A stretch of DNA of 64,000 nt from Anaerolineales bacterium (GCA_035516425.1 DATJAH010000044.1:147-64146); one strand, 5' to 3'. Numbered from the stretch's first letter, positions 1-9,992 are shown. Program-made: numbers and translations. The notes: generated by a model from the letters alone, not told the origin.

Positions 1-184
1 AAAACCACCAATATTAAGGTGACTTGCAAAATTGTCTTACGCATTGTTTTCTTCTCCTTATTGAATTATTTTCTTATTTAGTGACGTTGAAAAATTTAGT
101 ACGCCGCAGTGGGCCTCCTTTCGAATTTGTCTGTACAATTTTATCATCAGATATTCTTTTCGTGAAGAAACTTACAACTCTATT

Positions 185-2203
185 TTACGGCAAACACTGA
201 AACTTAGTACGCAATTCGTTTAGACTACTTCGTTTTTCATCACTTGCTGGAACCTCGCGGTCAATTCTTGCTAGCAATTTACACAACAACGGCCCCACAT
301 AACTTGGCGAAACTCGATAAGATTCCAAAGACAATTCTTTTGCCTCGGACCAATTCCCTTCATGGGCATAGCCTTCAATAAATACAAATCGCTCAACCGG
401 GTCATTGGGATAATCGTTCAGGTTGAATGCAATGTCGCCCAGGCTTGCCACCCGCGACCAGTCTCCCCGTTGGCGCGCCAGGTCGGCTTGCTCGAAATAA
501 TAACAAAAGCCATGCGCGATCTCAGGATCAAAAAAGGAGGGCGGCGGCAGGACGGCGCCGCCGGCATCGATCATGGCGTAATTATTGAGGGCGGCCGCTT
601 GCCTCATGATTTCAGGCAACAACCTGTTTTCCGAATCGATCTCCGGATCCAGCACGCGCAAACAGGCGGGCGGATCAAATTTGATCGCTACGACTCGGGA
701 CGTACTACCGTCAAATATCTTGGGAAGGTAATTAATGTGAATGGGAAGATTCGGCTCGAGAGCAGGGTACGCGGTCCCCGTCCGGATGGATGCAAACAAT
801 AAAATGTGATCCATCTGACCGACCGGGCTGTACATCCAGTTCAATGGGCCTGAAAGAGAGTTGTCGCTGGAGTAAGTGACGGGCAGATCATTGACGAGGA
901 TGGTCGAATCCGGCGCAAGAGACGGAATACGCCACGACATCTGCCAGAAGAAGTCGCGCTGGGTCGTCCAATCGCGGCGGTAGTCTGTATTGGCCTGAAA
1001 TTGTTTGCCAATCGAAAATCCGATGAGAAGCGCCAGAACGGCAAATTGAACTCTCGATCTGGCTCTTATTAATCCGACCGCGGCAACCACGAGCAGACTG
1101 GAACCAAGCATGAATGGCATCGTGAAACGATCTTCAGAAAAATGCAACTGAGGCTGGATCCCGACCAACCAAAACGATCCACCTGCTAACAACCAGGCAA
1201 ACGCACCCAGAATCAAGGCCTGGCCAATCCAATCCTCTTTGAATCGATCGAAGCGAAAAAAACAATAAAAATAAAGCCCGATCAATAGCACCGAGAGAAT
1301 TGCCAGGCCGAAGGCAAATGCCGTGGTCCGGGGGCCCAGCCCAGAGATAGCGACAGGTTGAAAAGGAAAGAGCCAGGCGTGCAGCACAGTTTCCCAAAAG
1401 GAAAGGGAAATATTAGAAACAAGCGACCACGCACCAGCCATTGGATTTTGGCGGATCAGAGCCAGGGCTGTATAGCCATAACTGGCATTTTGATTCTTGA
1501 AAAAGAAGGCGCGCCAGATTGAAACACCGAAGAACGCCAACAAATACGGAACGGAAAGCAGGGCAAGCCGCCGCCACCTTTGCTTGCCCTGTTCATCCAA
1601 AATGAACCAGAATAAGGCGATTCGGAAGAGCTCAAGAAAATAAAAATATTCCATTGTCAGCAGGTTGACCAGGGCCAACGCGACTGCGGCAATCGTCAAC
1701 GGTATGCGTCGGGAAGGAATGCGAACGGCCAGAACGGAAAGATAAAGCGAAAGAAGAAAACAATCCAGAACGATATAGAAATGAGTGTACATCAAGGCGA
1801 TAAAGTTCTGTCCCAATCCCGGGTAGACCAAAAACAGGAGACTCGTCCATACGGCCGGGTGAGGATTCTTCGGCCAAACCTGCCGCAACACGGCCCAGAC
1901 CAATAAGGCAGACAGCCAGCGCATGATTATGACCAACACCTGCCAGCGCCCCGGAACCGGGCCAATCACTGGCAGGGTGAGTTGATAAATCATCCCCCAA
2001 AACGGGCGGCTGGTGGAAAAGGTTTTTGTTAGAGCGGCCGGTCCGAGGCGATAATAAATCCATGTCCACGGCTCTTCATCCCAGTAAAAGCCGCGCTGCC
2101 AGAAAAACAATCCATAAGTCACGACCGCAGTAAGGAAGAGCAGCAGGGGAACACTGCGCTCTGAAAAAGACACCGCCGCGAGTTTCTTCAACCATCGTTT
2201 CAT
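185..2203 (-). CDS. Polytopic membrane glycosyltransferase-like protein (GT39/ArnT/PMT-like architecture) with a soluble C-terminal domain
   Basis: 672-aa ORF. The N-terminal ~440 aa are a run of hydrophobic helices and the C-terminal ~230 aa are soluble. ATGA start/stop overlap with the upstream GNAT gene suggests an operon. Confidence 0.5.
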   Translation of the reverse strand: MKRWLKKLAAVSFSERSVPLLLFLTAVVTYGLFFWQRGFYWDEEPWTWIYYRLGPAALTKTFSTSRPFWGMIYQLTLPVIGPVPGRWQVLVIIMRWLSALLVWAVLRQVWPKNPHPAVWTSLLFLVYPGLGQNFIALMYTHFYIVLDCFLLSLYLSVLAVRIPSRRIPLTIAAVALALVNLLTMEYFYFLELFRIALFWFILDEQGKQRWRRLALLSVPYLLAFFGVSIWRAFFFKNQNASYGYTALALIRQNPMAGAWSLVSNISLSFWETVLHAWLFPFQPVAISGLGPRTTAFAFGLAILSVLLIGLYFYCFFRFDRFKEDWIGQALILGAFAWLLAGGSFWLVGIQPQLHFSEDRFTMPFMLGSSLLVVAAVGLIRARSRVQFAVLALLIGFSIGKQFQANTDYRRDWTTQRDFFWQMSWRIPSLAPDSTILVNDLPVTYSSDNSLSGPLNWMYSPVGQMDHILLFASIRTGTAYPALEPNLPIHINYLPKIFDGSTSRVVAIKFDPPACLRVLDPEIDSENRLLPEIMRQAAALNNYAMIDAGGAVLPPPSFFDPEIAHGFCYYFEQADLARQRGDWSRVASLGDIAFNLNDYPNDPVERFVFIEGYAHEGNWSEAKELSLESYRVSPSYVGPLLCKLLARIDREVPASDEKRSSLNELRTKFQCLP

Positions 2204-2805
2204 GAGGATAGTTTTCGCTCCATACGATAGCGCTCAAACCAGCCTTCCTTGAAGATCCTTTTTACGGCGAATCCGGTCTTTTCATACAGGGCCAGCGCGT
2301 GAAGGTTATCTATCTCCGTGCTAAGTTCCATGGAACAATATCCCAGCGAACGGCTGGCCTCCGTAAAAGCATCCAACAGGGCGCGTCCGATTCCATTGCC
2401 CTGTACACCAGGGGCAACACCGATGTAGGTCAATTCAACCGTGCGAGGAGCAAGCTGGGACTGGGCCGCGTGAAATACAGAAAGCCACATTTGCAAAAGT
2501 ACCCCTGGTTTCGTGACCGCAATACGAAGCATTTGCCCGAACAGCCAGATCCAGGGCGTCTGCAAGCGGGTGTTCAGCGCACGCGGATCAGGGGATCCAA
2601 CCACCCACCCAAGAAATTCGCGGGAGGCGGACAGAGCATAAAAGCCAATGACCGATGGATCGCTTCTGGCGATCTGATAGTACCGCAGGATGATGGAATA
2701 ACCCAGATCCGTCAACAGATTATGCATGACAGATTGATGGAGCGCAGCCAGCTGCTCCAACAAAGGATCATCGATATTGGCAAAAGGCTGGATCCTGTAT
2801 TCCAT
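2200..2805 (-). CDS. GNAT family N-acetyltransferase
   Basis: Acetyl-CoA motif IGVAPGVQGNGIGRALL and the C-terminal ALALYEKTGF signature. I chose the start at MEYRIQ (2805) because the longer ORF to 2889 overlaps the upstream gene, which ends at 2817. Confidence 0.75.
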   Translation of the reverse strand: MEYRIQPFANIDDPLLEQLAALHQSVMHNLLTDLGYSIILRYYQIARSDPSVIGFYALSASREFLGWVVGSPDPRALNTRLQTPWIWLFGQMLRIAVTKPGVLLQMWLSVFHAAQSQLAPRTVELTYIGVAPGVQGNGIGRALLDAFTEASRSLGYCSMELSTEIDNLHALALYEKTGFAVKRIFKEGWFERYRMERKLSS

Positions 2806-2816
2806 CGCCGTAGAAT

Positions 2817-3893
2817 TCAAGCGAGACCCCGGATAAGGAACGGCCCGAGCGGGCGGACCATGAATTCGGGCAGGTGCTTCCATATCCAAATTGCAATTTG
2901 GAATTTTGGATTCTTCTGATTCAGTTCCGGTATGGTCCTATCGGGCCGCAAAGCGTACCAATAGGCCAGCCTTTGCCTGTGAGGTTTCCATTTCATCTTG
3001 AACGCCTCATTCCCGGAACCAATCAAGCTTCGGCCGATATCAAAAACGGAAAAACCTTTTTGCCCGTATCGGGCCATCACGGACCAATACAAAAATTCGC
3101 CCACGTAGCCGGGACGAAATCGGCGGAGCACATTGGCGTGAAGATTGGTGATGACATTTCCGTGAAGGATCAGCACCGCCGCGCCCGCCAGCTCCCCGCC
3201 CCATCCATGGACAACCGCCAATTCAAGCTTGTCGCCCAGCGACTCAGCCATCCTTCGCAAATACGTCTTGCTGTGGTATGGCGAGCCTAACTCGTGCATG
3301 CTGCGGGCCAGAACCTCATAAGCATCGTCCAGCAGATCGAGATGTCCAAACTTTATATGGAAACCTTTCTTCAGTGACTTGCGAATATGGTTGCGATGAT
3401 CCGAATTATACGTGGCGAGCATCGCTTCCGTATCCGGCGATAGATCCGCGCGGTAGGTCGAATAGATTGGCTGCTGAACCCAGCCCGGGGGCGGGATCGA
3501 TTCGCCCGCTTCGAAGCGGACGTTTGCGTAATCGGCGTTCAAGTCTGCCCGTAGTTGATCAGCTTTTTCCAATAATGCATCGCGGGCATCCAGGGAAGAG
3601 AATGCAAAGCCGCCATATGAGGCAAAAGGCGCGGTGGTTAAGTAGTTGCCAAAGACAGGATGTTTCACATGCAGCAGCGCAAGCAAGCCGGCAACCCTGC
3701 CTTGATCCTCGGCCACAAAACGATACAGAGAGAATCCATAGACGTTCGACGCAAACTTCATCCATGAATCCAACGCCGGAAACGCCGCCATGCTTTGCAA
3801 TGCCGCGGGGCAGGATGAACTTTCTGTCTGCGCGAGCAGACGGACATTGATCGTTGACACGGTTTGTGTTGGATCCACAGCGATACTCATCAT
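2817..3893 (-). CDS. FemAB-like / Acetyltransf_6 family protein (EPS or peptidoglycan side-chain transferase-like)
   Basis: 358 aa. Size and sequence style match the FemAB-related GNAT proteins found next to polysaccharide deacetylases in EPS loci. Assigned by eye only. Confidence 0.5.
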   Translation of the reverse strand: MMSIAVDPTQTVSTINVRLLAQTESSSCPAALQSMAAFPALDSWMKFASNVYGFSLYRFVAEDQGRVAGLLALLHVKHPVFGNYLTTAPFASYGGFAFSSLDARDALLEKADQLRADLNADYANVRFEAGESIPPPGWVQQPIYSTYRADLSPDTEAMLATYNSDHRNHIRKSLKKGFHIKFGHLDLLDDAYEVLARSMHELGSPYHSKTYLRRMAESLGDKLELAVVHGWGGELAGAAVLILHGNVITNLHANVLRRFRPGYVGEFLYWSVMARYGQKGFSVFDIGRSLIGSGNEAFKMKWKPHRQRLAYWYALRPDRTIPELNQKNPKFQIAIWIWKHLPEFMVRPLGPFLIRGLA

Positions 3894-3897
3894 GGCA

Positions 3898-4752
3898 TCA
3901 GGCCAGCGCGCCCGCCCTTAAGGCATCGTTCAAATATGTTCCAATCGGCGAAACTGAAAAATTCCTCAGCAGGGCGGAAAAGAACTCGGACTTATTCCAA
4001 GTGAAGGGCCATAGCAAGGGATGAGATAAGACATCCCGCCAGGTGCGGGATGCCCAATGGGCGGGGCTGATCAATTCATAAGGATGCATAAAGAGAACGG
4101 GACTGAATCCTTTTTTCAATTCCCTCTCGAGGATGTATAAAATCGTTTTGCCCATCAAGCCAATGCTGAAACTCGAACCATAAGGATATTCCCCATTCAA
4201 GAGCAGACTCCACGTAAACTGACGCGGAGCGGTATAACGCTTTTCGCCGCGGCCCAGGCGCATGGTGCTGACCGGGATTTCCCAAACGTTCCCTTTTTGC
4301 AAAAGGGTTCCAGCGGGGGCATAGATGGAGGAGCTGTACTGGAATCCGGACTCTTCCAGCAAGGAATAAGCGGCTTCGCTCATCCCGACCATGGGAGCGC
4401 GATAGCCTCTCACACCATAATCTTTAACCCACGAGGCGCTGGCGCGGATATCCGAGGCCAATTCAGCCATGCTGACCAGCGAGCGATGGAATTGACAATG
4501 AAGTCCAAGCTCATGCCCTGACTTGATGATTTTCTGCGGAATCTCGGGATACCACTCCGCGATTTCCCCCACCAGATAAAAACTGATCTTCGAGTCACCG
4601 AGTTTTTCAAGGATTGGATCAATCGCTTGAAGAGTGAAGGCATCATCCAGATTCCTCCGCTCCACGGAATCCTTCAAACTATCATAACGGCGAAAAAGCG
4701 CAAACCACGGCTCATAATCTATGCTGAGAAGGACTCGAGGGGACGGAAGCAT
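3898..4752 (-). CDS. Polysaccharide deacetylase family protein (CE4-like)
   Basis: 284 aa. N-terminal LLSIDYEPW and HCQFHR motifs are typical of the deacetylases that pair with FemAB-like genes. Confidence 0.6.
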   Translation of the reverse strand: MLPSPRVLLSIDYEPWFALFRRYDSLKDSVERRNLDDAFTLQAIDPILEKLGDSKISFYLVGEIAEWYPEIPQKIIKSGHELGLHCQFHRSLVSMAELASDIRASASWVKDYGVRGYRAPMVGMSEAAYSLLEESGFQYSSSIYAPAGTLLQKGNVWEIPVSTMRLGRGEKRYTAPRQFTWSLLLNGEYPYGSSFSIGLMGKTILYILERELKKGFSPVLFMHPYELISPAHWASRTWRDVLSHPLLWPFTWNKSEFFSALLRNFSVSPIGTYLNDALRAGALA

Positions 4753-4817
4753 AAGGACGATGTATGTTACCGATTCACGACACGCTTGTCAAGCTTGCTT
4801 GCCATGGGCGAACAGGG

Positions 4818-4856
4818 AATGGGTCTGGCATTCAAGAGCGACGTGCCAGACCCATT
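4818..4856 (-). terminator. Strong hairpin separating the purine operon from the EPS genes
   Basis: 13-bp perfect stem AATGGGTCTGGCA / TGCCAGACCCATT with a 13-nt loop, 18 nt after the carbamate kinase stop. There is no clear U-tract. Confidence 0.4.
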
Positions 4857-4873
4857 GCCGTACAAAGGAAAGG

Positions 4874-5833
4874 CTATCCCGGGACAATCCACGTGCCGGT
4901 CTCGCCTTTGAGGGCCCGGCCAATGTTTTCAGGGTTGGTGATCACGGCCTGTTTTCCTCCGGCTTCGAGGAAGCGGATGATCGCCTGAACCTTGGGTGCC
5001 ATCGAACCCTTCGCGAAATGCGTGCCTTCGGCGAGATATTTCTTCGCCTCCGTCAGGGTGATCTTATCCAGCCACTTCTGGTCGGGCTTGCCAAAATTCA
5101 GCGCGGCTTTCTCGACCGCGGTCGAAATGACAAACACTTCCGCTCCGACATTATTGGCCAACAAGCTCGAGCCAAAATCCTTATCAATGACGGCGGCCAC
5201 ACCTTCCAAGTCACCTTTCTCGTTGCGGATGACAGGAATGCCTCCACCGCCGGTCGAGATCACGATCACACCGGCGCTGATCAGGGCTTTGATCGCATCG
5301 ATTTCGACGATTTCTTTCGGAAGCGGCGAGGCAACGACTCTCCTCCAGCCGCGTCCGGCGTCCTCGACCACCGTCCAACTCATTTCTTTTTCGCGGCGTT
5401 TCGCCTCCGATTCCTGCATGAACCCGCCGATAGGTTTGGACGGATTCTTGAAGGCGGGGTCATTTCGGTCGACCAACGTTTGAGTGACAACGGTGGCAAC
5501 AGGCTTCTGGATGCCGCGGCGCTTTAATTCGTTTTGGAGGTTTTGCTGCAGCGCATAACCGATCGCGCCCTGACTGTCCGCGCCGCACACGTCGAGCGGA
5601 ACTTCATGCATCCCTTCGATCTTGGCGGCGATCTCGGAGCGTCGCAAAATGAAACCGACCTGAGGGCCGTTGCCATGTCCGATCACGACTTCGTAACCAG
5701 CCTCGATCATATCTGCGATATGAAAGGCAGATTCCTTTGCGGCCTCGTATTGATCCTCCACGCTTTGATGCTTGGGGTCCTTGATCAGAGAATTTCCACC
5801 AATTGCGATGACAGCAACTTTTTTCTTTGCCAT
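4874..5833 (-). CDS. arcC: Carbamate kinase
   Basis: 319 aa. VAVIAIGGNSL and GHGNGPQVG signatures and the overall length fit carbamate kinase. Confidence 0.9.
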   Translation of the reverse strand: MAKKKVAVIAIGGNSLIKDPKHQSVEDQYEAAKESAFHIADMIEAGYEVVIGHGNGPQVGFILRRSEIAAKIEGMHEVPLDVCGADSQGAIGYALQQNLQNELKRRGIQKPVATVVTQTLVDRNDPAFKNPSKPIGGFMQESEAKRREKEMSWTVVEDAGRGWRRVVASPLPKEIVEIDAIKALISAGVIVISTGGGGIPVIRNEKGDLEGVAAVIDKDFGSSLLANNVGAEVFVISTAVEKAALNFGKPDQKWLDKITLTEAKKYLAEGTHFAKGSMAPKVQAIIRFLEAGGKQAVITNPENIGRALKGETGTWIVPG

Positions 5834-5844
5834 GATGAACTCCT

Positions 5845-6834
5845 CTACGCCATCGTCAAAGCCATGACGGCCTTCTGGGCGTGCAAGCGGTTCTCGGCTT
5901 CATCGAACACGACGGAATGGGGGCCATCCATCACAGCGCTGGCAACCTCCACATCGCGGTCGGCAGGCAGCGGATGCATGTAGATCGAGTCGTCCTTGGC
6001 CAGCGCCATCTTCTTTTCATCGGTGATCCAGTGCTTGTATTTGTCAATGATCTTCGCGCCTTCGTTGGCGTCTTCCGTGGTCAGCATCGCGCCCCACGAT
6101 TTGGCGTAAACCACATCCGCGTCCTTGAAGGCTTTCTCCATGCCATTCGGGTCGGAGATGACCTCAAAGCCGGTATGGAATTTCTTGGCCTGTTCCCTGG
6201 CCGCATCCATGATCTCGGGCATGAGTTTGAACTCCGGCGGATGAGCCAGCACGACGTCCAGGCCGAAGCGCGGCATTTGCAAGATCAAAGACTGCGGCAC
6301 GGAAATCGGCTTCTGATACGAAGCCGCATAGGCCCAGGACACCACCATCTTCTTTTTCCGGAGGTCGCGGCCCTTCTTTTCCACGATGGTCATCAGATCC
6401 GCAAGGCATTGAAAGGGATGATAGATCTCGCACTGCATGTTGAGAACGGGCGAGCGGGAATACTTGGCCACATCGCTGATATACCGGTTGCCCACCTTCC
6501 AATCCACGTGGCGGATGGCAATGCCGTCGAAATATCGTCCGAAGATTTCGCCGATTTCAACCGGTGTATCGCCGTGTGCGATCTGCGTCGTTCTGCTCTC
6601 GATGAAGGCGGCATGCCCGCCGAGCTGATCGATGCCCGCCTCAAAGGAACCGCGCGTGCGCGTGCTGCTGAAGAAGAACAACATTGCCAGCACTTTATCA
6701 CGCAGGTAAGCGTGCGGCTCGCCGAGCGCGCGTTTGCGCTTAAGGTCGAAGGCGACATCCAGAACCGTTTCGACTTCCTCCTTGCTGAAATCCAGATCGC
6801 CGATCATATCCCGGCCGTGTAAGTTGGTCTGCAT
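5845..6834 (-). CDS. ygeW: YgeW-like (knotted-type) carbamoyltransferase
   Basis: STRTR, QIAHGDT, NMQCEIYHPFQCLADL, SWAYAASYQKPISVPQS, FKDADVVYAKSW and YMHPLPAD blocks line up with my recollection of E. coli YgeW. At 329 aa it is shorter than YgeW. Confidence 0.75.
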   Translation of the reverse strand: MQTNLHGRDMIGDLDFSKEEVETVLDVAFDLKRKRALGEPHAYLRDKVLAMLFFFSSTRTRGSFEAGIDQLGGHAAFIESRTTQIAHGDTPVEIGEIFGRYFDGIAIRHVDWKVGNRYISDVAKYSRSPVLNMQCEIYHPFQCLADLMTIVEKKGRDLRKKKMVVSWAYAASYQKPISVPQSLILQMPRFGLDVVLAHPPEFKLMPEIMDAAREQAKKFHTGFEVISDPNGMEKAFKDADVVYAKSWGAMLTTEDANEGAKIIDKYKHWITDEKKMALAKDDSIYMHPLPADRDVEVASAVMDGPHSVVFDEAENRLHAQKAVMALTMA

Positions 6835-6900
6835 AAGTCATCTCCTTAGCTTACTTCATGCCCTTCTTCATCAGGAAAGGCACGAAGTTCAATTGATAAT

Positions 6901-7857
6901 CTATTCCATCGCGCCGAGCACGAGCGCCAGGAGCGCCATGCGCATGACCACCCCGTTGAAGGCTTCCTGCCAATAACGAGACCAATGCGTGATATCCACG
7001 TCCGTGGGGATTTCATCCATGCGCGGCAGGGAATGCAGAAGAATCGCATCCGACTTGGCCTTCTTCTCCAAAAGCTCGCGCGTGATCTTATAATTGGCAG
7101 GGGTCAGCCCGACCTCCTTGCCTGAGCGCTCATCGCGGCTCTTCGTGTAATCGGGCTGCACCACCGGCTCTACCAAAATCACGTCGGCATCGCCAATGGC
7201 CTTTTCGACGTGATCCACTTCCTTATAGTTCAAGCTGTAGTCCTTGAGCTCTTTCTTGAACTCATCGGTCAGACTCATATCGGGCGGCGACACAAACGAG
7301 ATCGGGCAATCGAACTGAGTCAACGCGTAAGCCAGCGAATGCATCGTCCTCATGCGCATATCGCCGACCGCCAGCCACTTCAATCCGTCTATGCGGCCCT
7401 TTTCGCGCCAGACCGTGTAGAGATCGGTCAGGATTTGGGTCGGGTGCTCGCCCCAACCGTCGCCGCCGTTGATGATCGGAATGCTCGCCCATTTGGCAGC
7501 CTCATGCGGCGCGCCCTGCTGGAAGTGGCGCATCACGATCACATCGCCGTAGAATTCCAGCATCTTGACCGTGTCCTTGATCGACTCCTGATAGAAGTCG
7601 CCCGCGCGGGTGTTCTTGGCATCCGAGAAACCAGTCACATGTCCGCCAAGACGGTGCATGGCGCCCTCGTGGGCGAGACGCGTGCGCGTGGATGGCTGGT
7701 AGAAAGCGGTCACCAGCGTCTTCTCCTTGAGTAGATCCACATTCTTCCTCGACCTCGCGATGGGCTCCATTTTCTGCGCCACATCGAGCACGTGGAAGAA
7801 CTCATTCCGCTCGAAATCCTTCAGCGACAGAATATCACGACCTGCAAAACTACGCAT
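6901..7857 (-). CDS. Aspartate carbamoyltransferase catalytic-chain paralogue (PyrB-like, substrate uncertain)
   Basis: STRTR, HPTQ and LHSLPRMDEIPTDVD (ATCase-type LPRvDEI) motifs. There is no adjacent pyrI or other pyr genes. It sits inside a catabolic cluster. Confidence 0.7.
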   Translation of the reverse strand: MRSFAGRDILSLKDFERNEFFHVLDVAQKMEPIARSRKNVDLLKEKTLVTAFYQPSTRTRLAHEGAMHRLGGHVTGFSDAKNTRAGDFYQESIKDTVKMLEFYGDVIVMRHFQQGAPHEAAKWASIPIINGGDGWGEHPTQILTDLYTVWREKGRIDGLKWLAVGDMRMRTMHSLAYALTQFDCPISFVSPPDMSLTDEFKKELKDYSLNYKEVDHVEKAIGDADVILVEPVVQPDYTKSRDERSGKEVGLTPANYKITRELLEKKAKSDAILLHSLPRMDEIPTDVDITHWSRYWQEAFNGVVMRMALLALVLGAME

Positions 7858-7987
7858 ACGAACCTCCTATACTTTAATTGATTTTTTTGACGTTAAGAAC
7901 CTCAGGTGCTTCAGTGTTTCCTTCTTTAGCGTCTTACTCAGTCATCAAGTCAGCAGCCTCCAGCGAGGATCGGGCCCGTTCGACTTG

Positions 7988-9220
7988 TTAGACCTTCTCA
8001 GATAATATCTTCGGCAACAGGGCGTAAAACTCCGTTGCCGCGACCACTTCCTCGAGCGGAACTTGCTCGAGGTTCGTATGGGCGAACTTCTCATCGCCAG
8101 GGCCAAACCCGATGGAGGGGATCTGGGCCTTGCCAGCCCAGTACGTTCCATTGGTCGAGAAATCCCATGTACCCAGCGGACGTTGTTCGCCCCACAGGGC
8201 CACGATCGTGGATTGCCCGGCCTGTGTCAGCGGATGGTCGTCTTCCAGCAACCAGGGCGGATAATACTTGGACACCGGGAAGACAAAACCAGTATAGGAG
8301 GGCGCGTCGTAGAATAATTCCTCGACGTGAATTTCATCCTGCAAGTAATCCGGGATCAATCCCCGGATGACCGAGATGACCTCCTCGCGGGATTCGCTCG
8401 AAGTGATGCGCCGGTCGAGATAAATCGTGAACTGATCCGGCACCGCGTTAAGCGAGGCGGTGCGCGCTTCGACATCTGTCACGGCAACGGATGGATAGCC
8501 CTGCACCGGATGATAGCCCATGCCGAAGCGCATCCGACGATCCAACTCGCGGATTTGGGTAATAATGGACATCATCTTATAAACGGCGTTATCGCCAAGA
8601 TAATGGGAAGCCGCGTGGGCTGACTTTCCCTGTGCCGTGATCTTCAACTCGATGCGGCCCTTATGTCCGCGATAAACACACATCTTGGTCGGTTCGCCGA
8701 TCAGCACAAAATCAGGTTTGACCTTTGGGTCCACCTCGACAAAGGCATTGGGAGCAATTCCATCGCACCATTCTTCCATATTGCCGAAGTAATAGGCGGT
8801 CGTGCCCTCAAGGTACCCCAGGTCGCGCGCCAGGGCGAGGCCATGGATCATGCCCGGTGTGGAACCTTTCTCATCGCATGAACCGCGTCCATACAGAATC
8901 CCGTTCTCGACTTTTCCTCTAAACGGATCCCAGCCCCAGGTCGAAGGATCACCCACCCCAACGGTGTCCACGTGCGAGTCATAGACGATAACGCGTTTGC
9001 TCTGCGCTGAACTTGTCGAGGGGCCCACGCGTCCCAGGATGTTGCCCATTTTGTCGAAGCGGACATCCTCGAAGCCGAGCCCCGTCATCTCCGCGCCGAT
9101 GCGGTCGCCGACGTCCTTCAGCTTGCCCTCCAGGCTTGGAATGGCGACAATGTCCTGCATGAATTGGATAATCTTTTCGCGCGAGCTCCCCACCCGCTGC
9201 TTGATTTCCTTTACCTTCAT
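7988..9220 (-). CDS. ygeY: YgeY-type M20 family metallohydrolase
   Basis: 410 aa. DIVAIPS, DSHVDTVG, GRGSCDEKG and FSTNGT...IGFGPG blocks match the YgeY / M20 deacylase pattern. Confidence 0.8.
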   Translation of the reverse strand: MKVKEIKQRVGSSREKIIQFMQDIVAIPSLEGKLKDVGDRIGAEMTGLGFEDVRFDKMGNILGRVGPSTSSAQSKRVIVYDSHVDTVGVGDPSTWGWDPFRGKVENGILYGRGSCDEKGSTPGMIHGLALARDLGYLEGTTAYYFGNMEEWCDGIAPNAFVEVDPKVKPDFVLIGEPTKMCVYRGHKGRIELKITAQGKSAHAASHYLGDNAVYKMMSIITQIRELDRRMRFGMGYHPVQGYPSVAVTDVEARTASLNAVPDQFTIYLDRRITSSESREEVISVIRGLIPDYLQDEIHVEELFYDAPSYTGFVFPVSKYYPPWLLEDDHPLTQAGQSTIVALWGEQRPLGTWDFSTNGTYWAGKAQIPSIGFGPGDEKFAHTNLEQVPLEEVVAATEFYALLPKILSEKV

Positions 9221-9247
9221 TGAAACCGACTCCTTTGGCAGGTCATT

Positions 9248-9961
9248 TCAGCCACCCACGCGGCGATTGACATGGAAGTGGAAATACCCCGGAATAAAGT
9301 AACTGGAGGAATAATCGATCACTTTTCCGGCAGAGTTATACAACTGTGAGGTAAACTGCAACAGCACATCGCCGCGCTGGATTTCAAGCGGCTTGGCAAC
9401 TTCCGCGGTTGCGTCAATGGCAGAGATCGCTGCCCTCGAGACGGTCAGCCGATCCCCGCGATCAATCAAAAAGTCCAGCACCGAGCCTTTGAAAGAAGCG
9501 GGTAATTGCGAGGGCTTGAGCACCTCTTCGGGAAGACAATCCACCAGGTAGGCAACGGGGCGGCCATCGGCGCGCATCACGCGGCGGACGCGCGTCACTT
9601 TCGACGAAGGCGGAACGGCCAAGGCCGCGGCGTGGTCTTTGTCTGCCGGAATGCCATCGACATGCAGATCGCTTACCGATACTTCCAGCCCAAGCCGATC
9701 CGCCATCGTGTCCAAACTCTCGAGCATTTCCAGGCCGGCGTCCATGACAGGCACTTGTCCAACGACAAATGTGCCCGCGCCCTGCCGCCGGTGGATGAGC
9801 CCCTGCGTCTCAAATGTCCGCATGGCCTCGCGCAGCGTTGCGCGCGAAACGCCCAATTGCTTTGCCAGATCAGGTTCTGAGGGAAGGCGATCACCCGCCC
9901 TGGTTTTGGAAATCAAGGCGGCCAGGTCAGCCTGCAACCGTTGAAAAGGAAAGTGTGACAT
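9248..9961 (-). CDS. GntR/HutC family transcriptional regulator (wHTH + UTRA)
   Basis: SEPDLAKQLGVSRATLREAMRTFETQGLIHRRQGAGTFV helix-turn-helix followed by a UTRA-length C-terminus. I chose the start at MSHFPF (9961) to avoid overlap with ade. Confidence 0.8.
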   Translation of the reverse strand: MSHFPFQRLQADLAALISKTRAGDRLPSEPDLAKQLGVSRATLREAMRTFETQGLIHRRQGAGTFVVGQVPVMDAGLEMLESLDTMADRLGLEVSVSDLHVDGIPADKDHAAALAVPPSSKVTRVRRVMRADGRPVAYLVDCLPEEVLKPSQLPASFKGSVLDFLIDRGDRLTVSRAAISAIDATAEVAKPLEIQRGDVLLQFTSQLYNSAGKVIDYSSSYFIPGYFHFHVNRRVGG

Positions 9962-9992
9962 AGATACCTCACAGCAACGGCTCGCGTTGCTT

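Noticed and set aside
5881-6822. 313-aa ORF on the plus strand, antisense to the YgeW-like gene. There are many similar long antisense ORFs, for example 14821-15618, 22974-23633, 45179-45865 and 59959-60672.
   Set aside because: They mirror well-supported genes on the other strand, are Arg/Gly/His-rich with no motifs, and are the usual shadow ORFs of GC-rich coding DNA.
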